A stretch of DNA of 64,000 nt from assembly GCF_028641065.1 (NCBI RefSeq), contig NC_073408.1, forward strand, positions 3,720,001-3,784,000. The letters are read 5' to 3'. Origin of the DNA: Leucoraja erinacea (Eukaryota). The position numbers were made by a program, and so were the translations under genes. The notes below the pieces were generated by a model. It was given only the letters and a program-made list of their open reading frames with translations, ran no database searches and was not told the origin of the DNA. This document shows, piece by piece, positions 1 to 12,782 of this stretch. Each line of letters opens with the position of its first letter. The stretch's first letter is position 1.

Positions 1-293
1 ATGCAAGTAGTTTTGTATTCATATTGGGGGTTATTGTTGGACTGGATACTTTTTTAAAAATATGATCTTTGCTGAATAATTGCTTCCATGTCCACCAATG
101 CTCACATTCAGGGAGTGGATTAACTAAGGGCATGGGTTCAAGCCTCAATCTATCATTTGAGCTTGTAACACACGAATAGGAAGCGTGATTTTAATTGAAA
201 GTGCTCTTTTAAAATGAAATTGCTCTGTTTATTTGATGGCGTGGATCCCAAACTGCTCTTTCTGTCTCACAATGCCCAGCGTTTCTTTTCCAG

Positions 294-495
294 GACAGAT
301 TTTGTTTCTGGTAATGGCCAGTCTTCAGAGAAGCAGATACTGACCATCTACGACCTGGACAATAAGTTCATTGCGTACACGGCAGCATTCGATGACATTG
401 TCGACGTACTGGCAGAGTGGGGCTCCCTCTATGTGCTGTCTAGTGATCGGAAGATCAGTATCCTGCAGGAAAAGGACACACAGACAAAGCTGGAG
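294..495 (+). CDS. VPS11: VPS11 internal exon (gene 5' part lies upstream of the window)
   Basis: ttttccag/GT boundaries; encodes SSEKQILTIYDLDNKFIAYTAAFDDIVDVLAEWGSLYVL...QEKDTQTKLE, matching the VPS11 CORVET/HOPS subunit. Confidence 0.93.
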
Positions 496-1041
496 GTACT
501 TGTGTTACAGTATGCATGTGGTATGCAGGCAAACAGAAATGATGAGCAAAATGTTATCATCTCAACATCCACCAGCATTTGGGGGTTGCACTGTCGGAGT
601 TGATTGTGCTATTAAACCAGGCCTCTGATATGCATAACGCTTTTATCAAGGATGTTAAGCTTGAAATTCTTTGAAAAAGCATAAGGGCATAAAATACTTG
701 GAGGATGTCTGTAACTGAAATTACGTAATTGAGAATAATGGGAAATTGTAGTGTTCAAACAGAATCACATCCATTCCCCTCTGATGTTCTGCTGATCGTG
801 AATCTCACACTGACAAGTTCTAGGATCAGAATTAGGCCATTCGGCCGATCAAGTTTACTCTGCCTTTCAATCCTGGCTGATCTATCTTTCATCACAACCC
901 CAATCTCCTGCCTTCTCCCCATTATCCCTGACACCCATACTAATCAAGTCTCCTTTCTCCTAAAATCCATTCACCTACCTTGCAACTTTTTCATTAATTT
1001 TTATGTGTAACAGTTGATAATGAATCGTTACTGTTTGACAG

Positions 1042-1193
1042 ATGTTGTTTAAGAAGAATCTGTTTGTTATGGCAATCAACCTGGCAAAGAGCCAACATCT
1101 GGATAACGATGGATTGGCAGAGATCTTTCGACAGTACGGTGACCACCTGTACGTCAAAGGGGATCACGATGGGGCCATCCAGCAGTACATCCG
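1042..1193 (+). CDS. VPS11: VPS11 exon
   Basis: MLFKKNLFVMAINLAKSQHLDNDGLAEIFRQYGDHLY...QQYIR; AG/GT boundaries. Confidence 0.95.
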
Positions 1194-1344
1194 GTACGTG
1201 CCTGGGCTTTCTGGGGAATCATCCGGCACTCTTCAAATCCTTGCAGGATGGGGGCTGCTTTGTGATCCACAAATACGGTGTAGATCTGCAGCACCTTGTC
1301 ACCGTCTTTAAATTTAAACCATTGTCGACACAAAACTACTTAGA

Positions 1345-1562
1345 AACATAGAAAATAGGTGCAGGAGTAGGCCATTCGTCCCTTCGAGCCTGCACCGCCA
1401 TTCAATATGAACATGGCTGATCATCCAACTCAGTATCCTGTACCTGCCTTCTCTCCCCTTTAGCCACAAGGGCCACATCTAACTCCCTCTTAAATACAGC
1501 CAATGAACTGGCCTCAACTACCTTCTGCGGCAGAGAGTTCCAGAGATTCGCCACTCTCTGTG
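1345..1562 (-). mobile_element. CR1-type LINE 3' fragment
   Basis: Reverse complement of the CR1 3' end with (TTTCTATG)n tail seen repeatedly in this window. Confidence 0.75.
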
Positions 1563-2203
1563 CTAAAGCAACTCCCAGTCAGAAACAACCTTTGGAACCG
1601 AAATGAGTAAGACCCCTTGATTGAAATGAACACTGGGCACATCCTGAATACTTTCATGTAGTTCTTGCTAAAGCGATTGTGAGATTCAGGCAAGATCAAA
1701 ACCGGTTTTGATGCTCTTCAATGCGAGTTGCCAGTAGATGGAAGCTATCTTTTGAAATTAAATCACGTGACGAATGTAGGAGGAGGTCATCCCTTGGTTA
1801 AGTTGCTACAGGGTAGAGAGTACATATGAAGAAGCACTCCAGCTCTAGCAGCATTGGGTTGGTGAGATTTCATCACCTGCGTCCCAATTTGCTTGTGGGA
1901 ATAGTCTGTCTGCCCAGTTTTGATCTATGATGTTCCCAGTTCAGCCTTTGGACCAAGAGTACACTATGGTTCCCAGCTCTAACTCTTCCTGCTTAACTTG
2001 AGGCTACCACCTCCCGCTCCACCTCACCACATCCTTGGCCCCACTCAGATAAATCAACTCTGCCTGTGCCCTCAAGGGGAAATATTTCATCAATTAGTCA
2101 CATTTTATTAGGATATGAACAAGCAACGTTAATATGCTATGAGCAACCTACTATGTTTCAGATTGCCTGCAAAAAAGAGTAAACCTCTTCTCATTGTCCA
2201 CAG

Positions 2204-2390
2204 GACTATAGGGAAGTTGGAGCCATCCTATGTGATACGGAAGTTTTTGGATGCACAGCGAATCCACAATCTAACGGCGTATCTGCAAGCCTTGCACCGG
2301 CAGTCACTGGCCAACGAGGACCACACAACTCTTCTCCTTAACTGTTACACCAAGCTGAAGGATAGCTCCAAACTTGAGGAGTTCATTAAG
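2204..2390 (+). CDS. VPS11: VPS11 exon
   Basis: TIGKLEPSYVIRKFLDAQRIHNLTAYLQALH...KLEEFIK; cag/gtaacc. Confidence 0.95.
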
Positions 2391-2681
2391 GTAACCATCG
2401 CCCCTTCCTCCTCCTCCTTCCCAATTCCTGCTCGTCCCATGCCCGAATCTCGCAATCCATTTACTCTTAATTGTGTCATTCAAATGCTCAGAATTTCATG
2501 AAATCAAGTTGCAATCTTGTACGTATGTTGGTTTAAGCACCAGTCTAGGGCTTAGCACATTATAGACCCACTACCACAAGAACTAGTCCAGGAAAACTTC
2601 ATTACCATTCCCTTATATATCTATTTTTAAGTAAGGAGACAGAAAATGAATATAGTAAACCAGGTTTCATCTCACCAACTG

Positions 2682-2868
2682 TTCAAGAAGGAACTGCAGA
2701 TGCTGGAAAATCGAAGGTAGACAAAAATGCTGGAGAAACTCAGCGGGTGCAGCAGCATCTATGGAGCGAAGGAAATAGGCAACATTTTGGGCCGAAACGT
2801 TGCCTATTTCCTTCGCTCCATAGATGCTGCCGCACACGTTGAGTTTCTCCAGCATTTTTGTCCACCTT
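2682..2868. mobile_element. Foldback (palindromic) short repeat, Penelope-like/hammerhead-associated family
   Basis: Arm aaatgctggagaaactcagcgggtgcagcagcatctatggagcgaaggaaataggcaac followed by its reverse complement. Confidence 0.7.
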
Positions 2869-3414
2869 CATCTCAACAAGGTCCAGTATAATTATAATAC
2901 AATTTATTTAATCTCGTACTCAGATTGTTTTAATATCAAGGCCAACATACCATTTTTTGTTTTTAACCACCAGCTGAAGCTAAATGTTAACTGTCAGTGA
3001 CTAGCATATAAGGGCATCAATCCTCACTTGAACGTTAACACTTCCCGATCCCTCAACATTGTAAAAGTTCTCTTCATTTTCCTCCTCCTACCAGTGTGCA
3101 TATTTTTCCACATTAGGCTCTCTCTACCCTGTTGTTGTCCGCTCGTTCAGCTGGTCTATATCTTCATGAAGCCTCTTTGCATTCTCATCACTTCTCGCAC
3201 ATTTAATTAATGTTAAAACATTAATAACTTAATTATTGTATTTCCCAAATATATGGACCTGGTAATGTAGGAATCCTGAATCATGTGAATTTTGAATATT
3301 TGGACGCAATGTCTTCTACTATTTTGAGCAGTTGTGAAAAGTTATAATTTTAGTAAGCAATGGTTGCTTTAATGGTTTAATGGTTGATCTTTTCTGAATC
3401 TCCATTCATGACAG

Positions 3415-3558
3415 ACCAGTGAGAGTGAGGTGCATTTTGACATTGAAACCGCCATCAAAGTCCTGCGTCAAGCTGGTTACTTCAATCATGCCGTCTATCT
3501 CGCCGATAAGCACTTCCATCATGAGTGGTACCTCAAAATCCAGCTGGAGGATATCAAG
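3415..3558 (+). CDS. VPS11: VPS11 exon
   Basis: TSESEVHFDIETAIKVLRQAGYFNHAVYLADKHFHHEWYLKIQLEDIK; 144 nt, phase 0-0; absent from the ORF track. Confidence 0.93.
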
Positions 3559-3619
3559 GTAACCCTTCCTGAACATTTAGCTGCTTTTCCTGAAATTGAA
3601 GCTGACTGACTAATAACTA

Positions 3620-4748
3620 CAGGTGCACAACCTTTTATCCGGTGTTCCAGAAACCGAAAAGCTCCGAAAACCGGCCATTTTTTCCAGATGTCGTCTGCGC
3701 ACCAAAGCTCGCGTTTGGCGCCAAACCTGACCCAAAACGACCCACGGTCAACCCAGGTCTGTACTACTGTAGCGGCTGCCTCCTCCCTGGAGACCGGGAG
3801 ACGCTTAAACATCTGTAAATCATTGCTTAAATGTTAGTTAGTTCGGAGGGCTTTTATGTGAAGGGGGGTGAAGGGGTAAACTTTAATTCTTAGTCCCCTA
3901 CCTGGTCGGAGAGGCGGGGAGCGGTCAATGCCTTACCGGGTCGCTGTGCAGTAAGCTCCGCAGCGCTGTGGCCGGTTGTAGCTCCGACCCCGGCAACTCT
4001 ACCCCTGGCTGCGAGGCGCTCCAAATCCAGCGCGGCCCGCGGCCGGACGCCCCAGCTCCGCACCAGCGGGGTGCGGGTAATGCCTTACCGGGTCGCCGTG
4101 CGGCAAGCTCCGGAGCGCTGTGGCCGCCGACACACAACATCGCGGAGCGTCGCTGGATTTGGAGCCGCGCAGCCAGGGGTAGAGTTGCCGGGGTCGGAGC
4201 TCCAACCGGCGCCACCCGCGGCCGGACGGAGCCCCCAGCTCCGCGGCTCCAAATCCAGCGACGCTCCGCGAATGTTGGAAGAAGGCGGCCACAGCGCTCC
4301 GGAGCTTGCCGCACGGCGACCCGGTAAGGCATTGCCCGCACCCCGCTGGGGCGTCCGGCCGCGGGCCGCGCTGGATTTGGAGCGCCTCGCAGCCAGGGGT
4401 AGAGTTGCCGGGGTCGGAGCTACAACCGGCGCGGCCCGCGGCCGGACGGAGCCCCCAGCTCTGCGAGGTTGGGAGTCGCCGACCAGGTAGGTAGGGGACT
4501 AAGAATTAAAGTTTCCCCCTTCACCCCTACACCACCACCACCACATAAAATCCCTCCAAACTAACTGACTAACATTTATGCAATGATTCTCCCGGTCTCC
4601 GGGGAGGAGGCAGCTGCTCCAGACTTTTCAAGCCGCCCGCGCTACCTACCTAATCTACGCTAAAAATCTTCCATTCTGAAATCCGAAAATGTCCGAAATC
4701 CGACAAGTGTCTGGTCCCAAGGCTTTCGGATAAAAGGTTGTGCACCTG
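3620..4748. mobile_element. Non-autonomous DNA transposon (Tc1/mariner-pogo-type MITE) in a VPS11 intron
   Basis: Perfect 22-bp TIR CAGGTGCACAACCTTTTATCCG (3620-3641 / 4727-4748), TA on both sides; GC-rich internal inverted and direct repeats. Confidence 0.88.
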
Positions 4749-5556
4749 TAATGCTCAAGGGAAATAATGTGATTTTTGTTGTGGAATTCCACAATGCCTT
4801 GATGCTATTTCTGTCGTCTCCCAAAATCAGTGTGTTTAATCTAAGGCCCAACATTGGAATGAGACGATGCTGAGCTGGGCTTACTTTTGCTGGGCTGTTC
4901 TTTCGGGTGTGTTTAGTGTTTTTTATAGTCTCACTCATCTCTGTATGAAAGGTAGGGCACTATGTTAACTCCGGAGGGCTGTCAAGTATTTTCGTGCAGG
5001 GTTGGAATCAGGAGCTAAACATTAGTTCTGAAAATATTGTACTGAAGGAAGTATGTACACAACTTTTAGGGCTTTGCAAGTTGTGAGGTATAAACCTATG
5101 GCTGTTTACTGTATTAATTTGCCATTTCTTCACTTACCAGGCTTCTTTTAGGTTAGCCTATATACTCTTATCATTCTGCATTCACCCCACACTGGGTAGT
5201 CTTGCTTCACATCCATCCATGTTATTTTGTCACCCACTCTTTATATCCAGAGATGCTGCCTGACTCGCTGAGTTATTCCAGCACTTTGTGCCTATCTTGG
5301 GTATAAACCAGCATTAGCAGTTTCTTCCTACACATTATGTTATTTTGTGTTCCCTTGAAAAATCCACCTAATCAATTCCTGCATATATAAACACCACCTG
5401 GTTCTTCATCTTTTCATTACTCCATATTTGCGATCTATGCATTGATAAATTATATCTTAGCATCTGAAATCCTGAGTTGCTCCACCTTCCTTGTGCCCTG
5501 TGTTCATCTCCATGAAGATCTGAATCGCAGTTGGATTTGTTACCTGTATTCTGCAG

Positions 5557-5754
5557 AACTACCAACAAGCCCTCCATTACATTGGAAAACTGCCCTTTGA
5601 CCAAGCAGAAAGGAACATGAAGAAGTATGGGAAAACACTGATGCATCACGTTCCAAATGAGACCACCGAGCTGTTGAAGATTCTCTGCACGGACTACCGA
5701 CCAAGCAACGAGCCCCTGCCAGAGAGAGAACCTGGCAGCAGATATGAGAATAAG
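5557..5754 (+). CDS. VPS11: VPS11 exon
   Basis: NYQQALHYIGKLPFDQAERNMKKYGKTLMHHVPNETTELLKILCTDYRP...; ctgcag/gtaagg. Confidence 0.93.
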
Positions 5755-6537
5755 GTAAGGCACTGACTGTCTCCTCTCACCATCCATCGTTTTTATACTA
5801 TCATGCACTCGTTCATTTGGCCCCTCGTACCCAAGGCAAATCTTTAAAATGTATAATCAATCCCTGTCCCCTGCTCTTTCCTGATAACCCTGCATGTTTT
5901 TTCTACTTTGCACATTAATTTATCTCTTTCAAAATTGCTATTGAATCTCCTTCCACAGTCCTTTCGGAGAAGGTATTCTGATTCATAACGTTGTGTAAAG
6001 AGAAAAAATGATATTTCCATCTACTCTGGTTCTTTTGCAATTCTCAAGTGGCTGAGATATATGTCAGTGGAAGCAATTTCTCCCTATTTATACTTATGAA
6101 AATACCACAGCTCTGTATTAAGTCTTTGTATTCATTCCCACTAACCTTTCCTGCCTTAAGAGACAACTCTAGTTTTTCCAATCTTCTCGTGCCAGGCTAC
6201 ATAGAAACATAGAAATTAGGTGCAGGAGTAGGCCATTCGGACCTTCGAGCCTGCACCGCCATTCAATATGATCATGGCTGATCATCCAACTCAGTATCCC
6301 TCATCCAACTCAGTATCCCTAGGAAACTTCATAATCATAGAATCCCAGTCTTTTATCTCATCTGTATTCTTGCAAGATTTTGATGTTCTTCCTAATGTAC
6401 TGTCCATAATTGGTCACTGTAATCCCACTGAGGCCTTTTCTAATTTCTAACGATTTTAGTATATTTGTAAATCTAAATCTATTTTCTAAAGGGTCTAGTA
6501 TAATCGCTTTGCCTTACATTTTCTTATTTTATTGCAG

Positions 6538-6699
6538 GCAAATTCGGAGGAGTTTATTCCAATTTTTGCCAACAACTCTCGTGAGCTGAAGTTGTTTCTG
6601 GAGCACATGATCCAGGTGCAGGACAACTCTCCACAGGGAGTGTACGACACATTGCTTGAACTCAGGCTGCAAGACTGGGCCCATGAGGAGAATGTCAAG
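6538..6699 (+). CDS. VPS11: VPS11 exon
   Basis: ANSEEFIPIFANNSRELKLFLEHM...LLELRLQDWAHEENVK. Confidence 0.93.
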
Positions 6700-7236
6700 G
6701 TCAGAACTGCTCCCCTTTATATAAATTCACGCTTTGTTGTTTGCTGGCAAAGAATGCGATTCTTCTATTCATCTTTCTTCTCCTTGTACCCGCATGCACA
6801 GCATAAGTTGCTCTTGATTCCTTCCCCAAAAAATACTCAACTTCACCTCAGTGCATCCCCAAAAAACACTTCCAAGAGGTCTTTACATTTCTACCAGCAA
6901 TTTTCTTGGGAACTGGAGGTAGAAACTTTCCATTGATTGGGGACATGCCCTGTTTTCTATCCCCTCATTTGGTGTTTATGAACTTTGTCCCATCATTGCT
7001 GACGTGGATGGTTCCTTGGTTGCCAACCATGGCCCAGTTCATCAGCAATATTTTTGTAATCTTGCCACGTACAGTTTTGAATCATTGCAGCAGTCCCAGG
7101 GATGATGCGGTTGGTGGGGAGAGTGTACCTGGACGTGCACACCATTTGTAAAGTTGCTTCTGTTTGCCATCATTCTTATTCTGTATTAAATGTCATGCTT
7201 TATTCGGTATTGATTTCATTACACTTCCCTAATCAG

Positions 7237-7376
7237 GCAAAGAAACAACTGCAGGAAGATGCGATGAGCCTGTTGAAGAGTGGATTATTTAAAACTGTTT
7301 TTGACAAGGCTCTGGTACTGTGTCAGATGCACAATTTCAAAGATGGTGTGCTGTACCTTTATGAGCAAGGACGACT
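7237..7376 (+). CDS. VPS11: VPS11 exon
   Basis: AKKQLQEDAMSLLKSGLFKTVFDKALVLCQMHNFKDGVLYLYEQGRL; cag/gtgagt. Confidence 0.93.
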
Positions 7377-8391
7377 GTGAGTAAATATTGAAATTGCTTC
7401 ACTCTGAATATTTGACATCTAATTTATTATGAAATATTTTTCCGTTGTTTTAATACAGTACAATTGTCGGTAGATGCTGATTGGGAGCAAGTATTTGTGG
7501 GGGTTTTAGACGGATAATAAATAAGAATTCAAGAGGCCACTGCTCTTGGGTAGACAAAATGCAGGAGTAATTGCAGAAAGAAAGGCCAGTGTGGGAATGG
7601 GGGGGTGGGGGGAAGTTAAAGTATTTAGCAACCGGGAGATCAGGTAGGTTTAGGTGGACTGAGCGGAGGTGTTCAGCAAATCGATCTTCTGCTCTTGGGT
7701 GGCCGTTGGTATGTTTTGTGTGAAAAATCCAGAGTTTAGTATCTGGCAGCAAATTGTTTGGCCACCAGTGACAGTGAAGAGAAGTGGAGTTGGTTTGAGG
7801 GGGAATACTGGGAGGTGCAGGCAATGTGGAATGGAAAGGGACAAGAATGGAAGGATGCTAAGGGTTCTAAGAATTGGAGGACCAGAGGATGTTCAGTTTT
7901 AAGAGCTAAAGAAAGAGGCCAAAGACCAAATCCCTGGAGAGTGAGACTGATGGGGTCTTGGGAGATGAGTGAATGGTTCAGCTGTTTCATCTCTCACCTT
8001 GTAGATTCCCATGTTACTGCAGGCTTGGGCGTATAAAGTCTGGGTGGTAGGCTTAAATAGAGCAGTGAAAGGTGTTCTTTTATGTGTTCTTTTAGATTAG
8101 AAAATAACATCTTGGTTAGATGATCTATGAATGGAGTTAATTCATGAATCCTGGCCAATATTTGTCCATCAATCATTGACAACATCAGTGAAGCAGACAG
8201 TCTGGGAAATGCCTCTTTGCCTTGTGGGGGTCTTCAGTGTTATTTCGGCATATTAGTAGTGGCTACATTTCCAAGATGCTTCCTACTTTTACCAAACACA
8301 CCTCGATTGTTTGTTTGTGTGTGTGTGTGTGTGTGTTTTAGTTAGTTTACCACTTCTCCATTCCTCATTGTAAGCCCATTCTCTGCTGCAG

Positions 8392-8594
8392 GTACCAGCA
8401 GATCATGCACTACCACATGCAGAATAACGAGTACGCCAAGGTGATTGAGACTTGTGAGCGGTACGGTGAGCAGGAAGCCTGCCTGTGGGAACAAGCGCTT
8501 GGCTATTTTGCTCGAAAGGAGGAGGATTGTAAAGAATACATCATGAGCGTGCTGAGACACATTGACAGGAACAACCTCATGCCCCCTTTGCTGG
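8392..8594 (+). CDS. VPS11: VPS11 exon
   Basis: YQQIMHYHMQNNEY...LWEQALGYFARKEEDCKEY...NLMPPLL. Confidence 0.94.
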
Positions 8595-8737
8595 GTAAGG
8601 GTTTTGGTTTTAATTGAGAGATACAGCACAGAAACGGGCCTTTCTGCCCATCGAGTCCGCACTGACCAGCGATCCCTGCACCTTAACATTTGTATAATAA
8701 CATGCCTCTTGATTTCTTGATCACACATGGAATGATA

Positions 8738-9208
8738 CAATGTGGAAACAGGCCCTTCGGCTCAACAATGCCCACACCAACCAACATGTCTAATCTATTC
8801 CTCTAAACCTCACATTCTTCTAAACCGGTCCTATCCATGTACCTATCTAAATGTTTCTTAAAAGCTGCAATAGTAGCGGCGTCAACTACCTCCTCCGGTA
8901 GCTCGTTCCATACACCCACCACCCTTTGTGTAAAAAACAAAAGTTACCCCTCAGATTCCTATGAAATCTTTCCCCCCTCGCCTTAAACCCAGTTCTCCTG
9001 TATAGTTTAAACCTGGTACTCGATTCCTCTGCTCTGGGCAAGAGACTCTTTGCGTTTACCCAATCTATTTCTCGAATGATTTTGTACATCTCTTCCAGAT
9101 CACCCCTCATCCTCCTGAGCTCCAAGGAATAGTGTTTGAGCCTGCTTATCCCCCCCCCCTTTAACTCAGTCCCTCGAGTCCTGGCAACATCCTCGTAAAT
9201 CTTCTCTC
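8738..9208 (-). mobile_element. CR1/HER1-type LINE 3' fragment
   Basis: Minus strand encodes YSLELRRMRGDL..YKII (CR1 ORF2 C-terminus); tail gggcctgtttcc. Confidence 0.8.
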
Positions 9209-9555
9209 CACTTGCCCACATTAAATTCCATATTATTGTCCATTCAGTCAACCTGTCTCTATCCTACTGCTGAGTACAACTCTTATCACAACCTGCTCTC
9301 ACACCTACAATGCTTGATGTTGCAATTCAGCCTATTGCTGCTTTGCTGACTCAATGGAAATGGCTCTGGACCCAATCCCCCTGCAATTTTCTCATAATCT
9401 TTTTTTTTTTTCTTCGAAATGCATCTACTTCATTTTATATGTTTAAGAAAGAACTGCAGATGCTGGAAAAGTCGAAGGTAGACATAAATGCTGCCTCACC
9501 CGCTGAGTTTCTCCAGCATTTTTGTCTACCTTCTACTTCATTTTATAGAGCTTTT

Positions 9556-9860
9556 TAGTTTAGTCTGGAGATACAGTGCGGAAACAGGCCCTTCGGCCCA
9601 CCGAGTCCGTGCTGTCCAGCGATCACCTTGTACCCTAGCATTATCCTACACACACTAGGATCAATGTACAATTTTACCGAAGCCACTTAACCTATAAACC
9701 TGTACGTCTTTGGAATGTGGGAGGAAACCGGAGCACCCGGAGAAAACACGCAGGATCGGGGAGAACGGACAAACTCCGTTCAGACAGCACCCGTAGTCAA
9801 GATCAAACCCGGGTCCCTGGCACTGCAAAGTAGCAACTTTACCGCTGCGTCACCGTGCCG
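9556..9860 (-). mobile_element. tRNA-derived V-SINE (HE1-like)
   Basis: tRNA-like head, V-domain ccggtttcctcccac, LINE-derived tail with (CTAAA)n. Confidence 0.8.
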
Positions 9861-9960
9861 TCATCCAGCTATTCTGCTTCACCCATGTGCAAGAGATTCT
9901 GTTTTGACTGTTCGTTAGTTTGAAACATTCCCCCCCCCCCCCCCATTATTTTTTGTGCAG

Positions 9961-10132
9961 TTGTGCAGACACTGGCTCATAACTCCACAGCCACGCTCTC
10001 GGTCATTAAGGATTACCTCGTTAACAAACTGCAGCAGGAGAGTGACCATATCGCAGAGGACGAGCGAAGGATCAAACAGTACCGAGAGGAAACCAAGAAG
10101 ATCCGAGAGGAGATTGACGATCTCGAGACCAG
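9961..10132 (+). CDS. VPS11: VPS11 exon
   Basis: VVQTLAHNSTATLSVIKDYLVNKLQQES...YREETKKIREEIDDLETS; coiled-coil region. Confidence 0.93.
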
Positions 10133-10596
10133 GTAAATGAAAATTTAAGATGTGGAACATTGCATCCTTTCCAGTGTTTAAGGCAAAATATTTGTTCATT
10201 CAACTGTATATGATGGAGCATCTGACCAAATCAAAATTGGCGTTAAATAGATTCAAACATCTCAAAATATGTGCCCTTAATGTATTTCCTAATATTTAGC
10301 ATTGCTGTTTTGCTGACTGTTATGCATTAATCCGACTATATACTTTTGTCTAAATTCGAGATATTTGTTGGTGATCTACAGCTTCCCTCCCCCCAACTAT
10401 TAAAGTTCCACTTTTCCGCTGCTTTTGCACACCTAATGATTGTGTACACTCTTGCTCTCGTGTCCTGTTTTTTTTTTTTCCTTTCCCCATACTTTGTTTA
10501 AACGCAACCCAATATAATCTTCAAGCTTTTGTTTTTATCAGCAGTACACTCTGTCTGAATGTGGGAGTCACTGGCTTTATCTTTCTGCATTCACAG

Positions 10597-10819
10597 TGCC
10601 AAAACTTTCCAGAAATCCAAGTGCAGCATGTGCAACAGTCCCCTGGAACTCCCCTCGGTCCACTTCCTGTGTGGCCATTCTTTCCACCAGCATTGCTTTG
10701 AGAGTTACGCAGAACATGACACAGAGTGCCCGACCTGCATGCCAGAAAACCATAAAGTCATGGACATGATTCGAGCCCAGGAGCAGAAACAGGATCTTCA
10801 TGACAAGTTCCAGCACCAG
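10597..10819 (+). CDS. VPS11: VPS11 exon (RING-H2 finger)
   Basis: [30 protein letters not shown]...CPTC RING motif. Confidence 0.96.
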
Positions 10820-11789
10820 GTAAGAGGAATGTATCACTTGATGGAAGATAGACACAAAATACTGGAGTAACTCAGCGGGACAGGGAGCATCTCTGGAGAG
10901 AAGGAATGGGTGACATTGCGGTCAAGACCCTTCTTCAGACTATCCAGTCTGAATTACCATCTGAAAACTCATATACTATTGATTGACCCAAAATGCTGGA
11001 GTAACTCAGCGGGACAGGCAGTATCTCTGTATGGGTGACATTTCGGGTCGAAGTCTGAAGAAGGATCTCGACCCGAAACGTCACACGTTCTTTCTCGCCA
11101 CAGATGCGGCCTGTCGCACTGAGTTACTCCAGCATTTGGTGTCTATCTTCGGTGTAAATCAGCATCTGCAGTTTCTTCCTACGCGTATCACTTGATGTTT
11201 GCCATAAAAGAAAGGATGTATTTTGTGGAGAGCAGGAATGAAACACACGATGACATGCTATAATGGGATGTAGACAAAATGCTGGAGAAACTCATCAGGT
11301 GAGGCAGCATCTATGGAGTGAAGGAATCGGTGATGTTTTTGGTCGAGACCCTTCTTCAGAAGAAGGGGATAACAGTTTATGGGATAACATTTTTTGAGAT
11401 CTCCAGGTAGTAAATCTGTATTGTGAGGTGGGGGGGGCAAGCAACGGGTCTGAATATTTGAATCGGGTTCGGGGAGGGGTTTGACCAGGGGAATCGTTGC
11501 AGTTTATCCAGATGTTGGTCTTGTCTAACATCCAGCTGTGCAAGGCAACAGGTTCTGGTAATTAAGCTTGGGAACTCTGGCTTCCTAGGTTCCTGCTCCG
11601 TTCCTAGCCTAGTGCTGGTGTTGCATCCCAACCCACTTTGCAGCAGTCAGACTCCAACCAGCATTTGCCAGGATATCTGACAGTACACTGGTGGAGCCTT
11701 TACCCTCAATGTTGGTTGACAGATCTGTCTACATTGTTTTGCCTCCATCTATTTATAAGAAAACTAACATTCTGGTGTTTGCTTCCCAG

Positions 11790-11957
11790 TTGAAGTGTGC
11801 AAAGGATGGATTCTCGGTCATCGCCGACTATTTTGGCCGTGGAGTCTTTAATAAGCTGACGCTAATCACAGACCCGTTTCCAGGGAGAGCTGCCGCTGCA
11901 AACATTGATGCTGGACTGCAGAGAGACTTGTTGATGCACTCCAAGAGTACGGCTTAG
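11790..11957 (+). CDS. VPS11: VPS11 last coding exon
   Basis: LKCAKDGFSVIADYFGRGVFNKLTLITDP...GLQRDLLMHSKSTA*; TAG at 11955-11957. Confidence 0.95.
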   Translation: MKCAKDGFSVIADYFGRGVFNKLTLITDPFPGRAAAANIDAGLQRDLLMHSKSTA

Positions 11958-12776
11958 ATGGGCCCAAAGACCGACCATCAAATTCTTTTGTTTGCATCCA
12001 ACTTCTGCTGTTATATTAAAGTTGCAATAAGTTGACTCCATGACAAGCGGGTGCAGAGATGAGATGAGATGAGTTCGTGCCGGTTCCGTGCATGTTGATA
12101 GTTTTGGTGCGATTGCTGTGGCAGTATCCAGAGGGACTGGAGCGTGAGATTCCTGAGGTTAACCTGTATCCTTGCTGGTTTAGGCAGTGAAATTTCCAGC
12201 CATGTCACTGCTTTACTCTTCTAACCACAATGGGATGGAGGTAGCAAGAGCAGCTTTTCCTTTGGCTCACCTGAGATGAACAGAGATTCATTAACTTGGG
12301 CTCTGACAGATGTTGAGCCACAGAGTGGGATCCGACAGTGGATAGTGGGCATGTAAATAACCAAGCAGAAGTGCCTGCAATTTGACTCAGGAGAAAGTAA
12401 TTCTGCTCTGCTTGCATCTTCAGAAATTCATTGAGCCTCCTTACTTGCACTGCTTATATCATATAGTTCAGGACCGAGTAAAGTACAATTACACAACACG
12501 TTGCTCAACTACTGCGGCCTAACTAAGACTGTTTTCTCATTGTAGCATCCATCGAGCCTTGAGTTTGACTTTTCTAAATATTAGCTCCAGTTTTGGGATG
12601 TGCTGCCAGGCCCACAAGCCGATGTTGAAATAGCAGGCTACTGATCTCAGCGACGTGGTTTACATGTGTTCTCTTCTGCATTTGTCTTCTGGAGTAGCAC
12701 ATGTACAAAATGGTCAACAGCAAAATGCTGTTTGTTCTGTGTGTAACAGTACCATACCTCATTGAGCTCAGCAGTC

Positions 12777-12782
12777 AATAAA
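12777..12782 (+). terminator. Candidate VPS11 polyadenylation signal AATAAA
   Basis: First AATAAA after the stop, followed by GT/T-rich sequence; implies a 3'UTR of about 840 nt. Confidence 0.55.

Noticed and set aside
3925-4494. Overlapping GC-rich ORFs on both strands
   Set aside because: Internal repeats of the MITE; no transposase motifs
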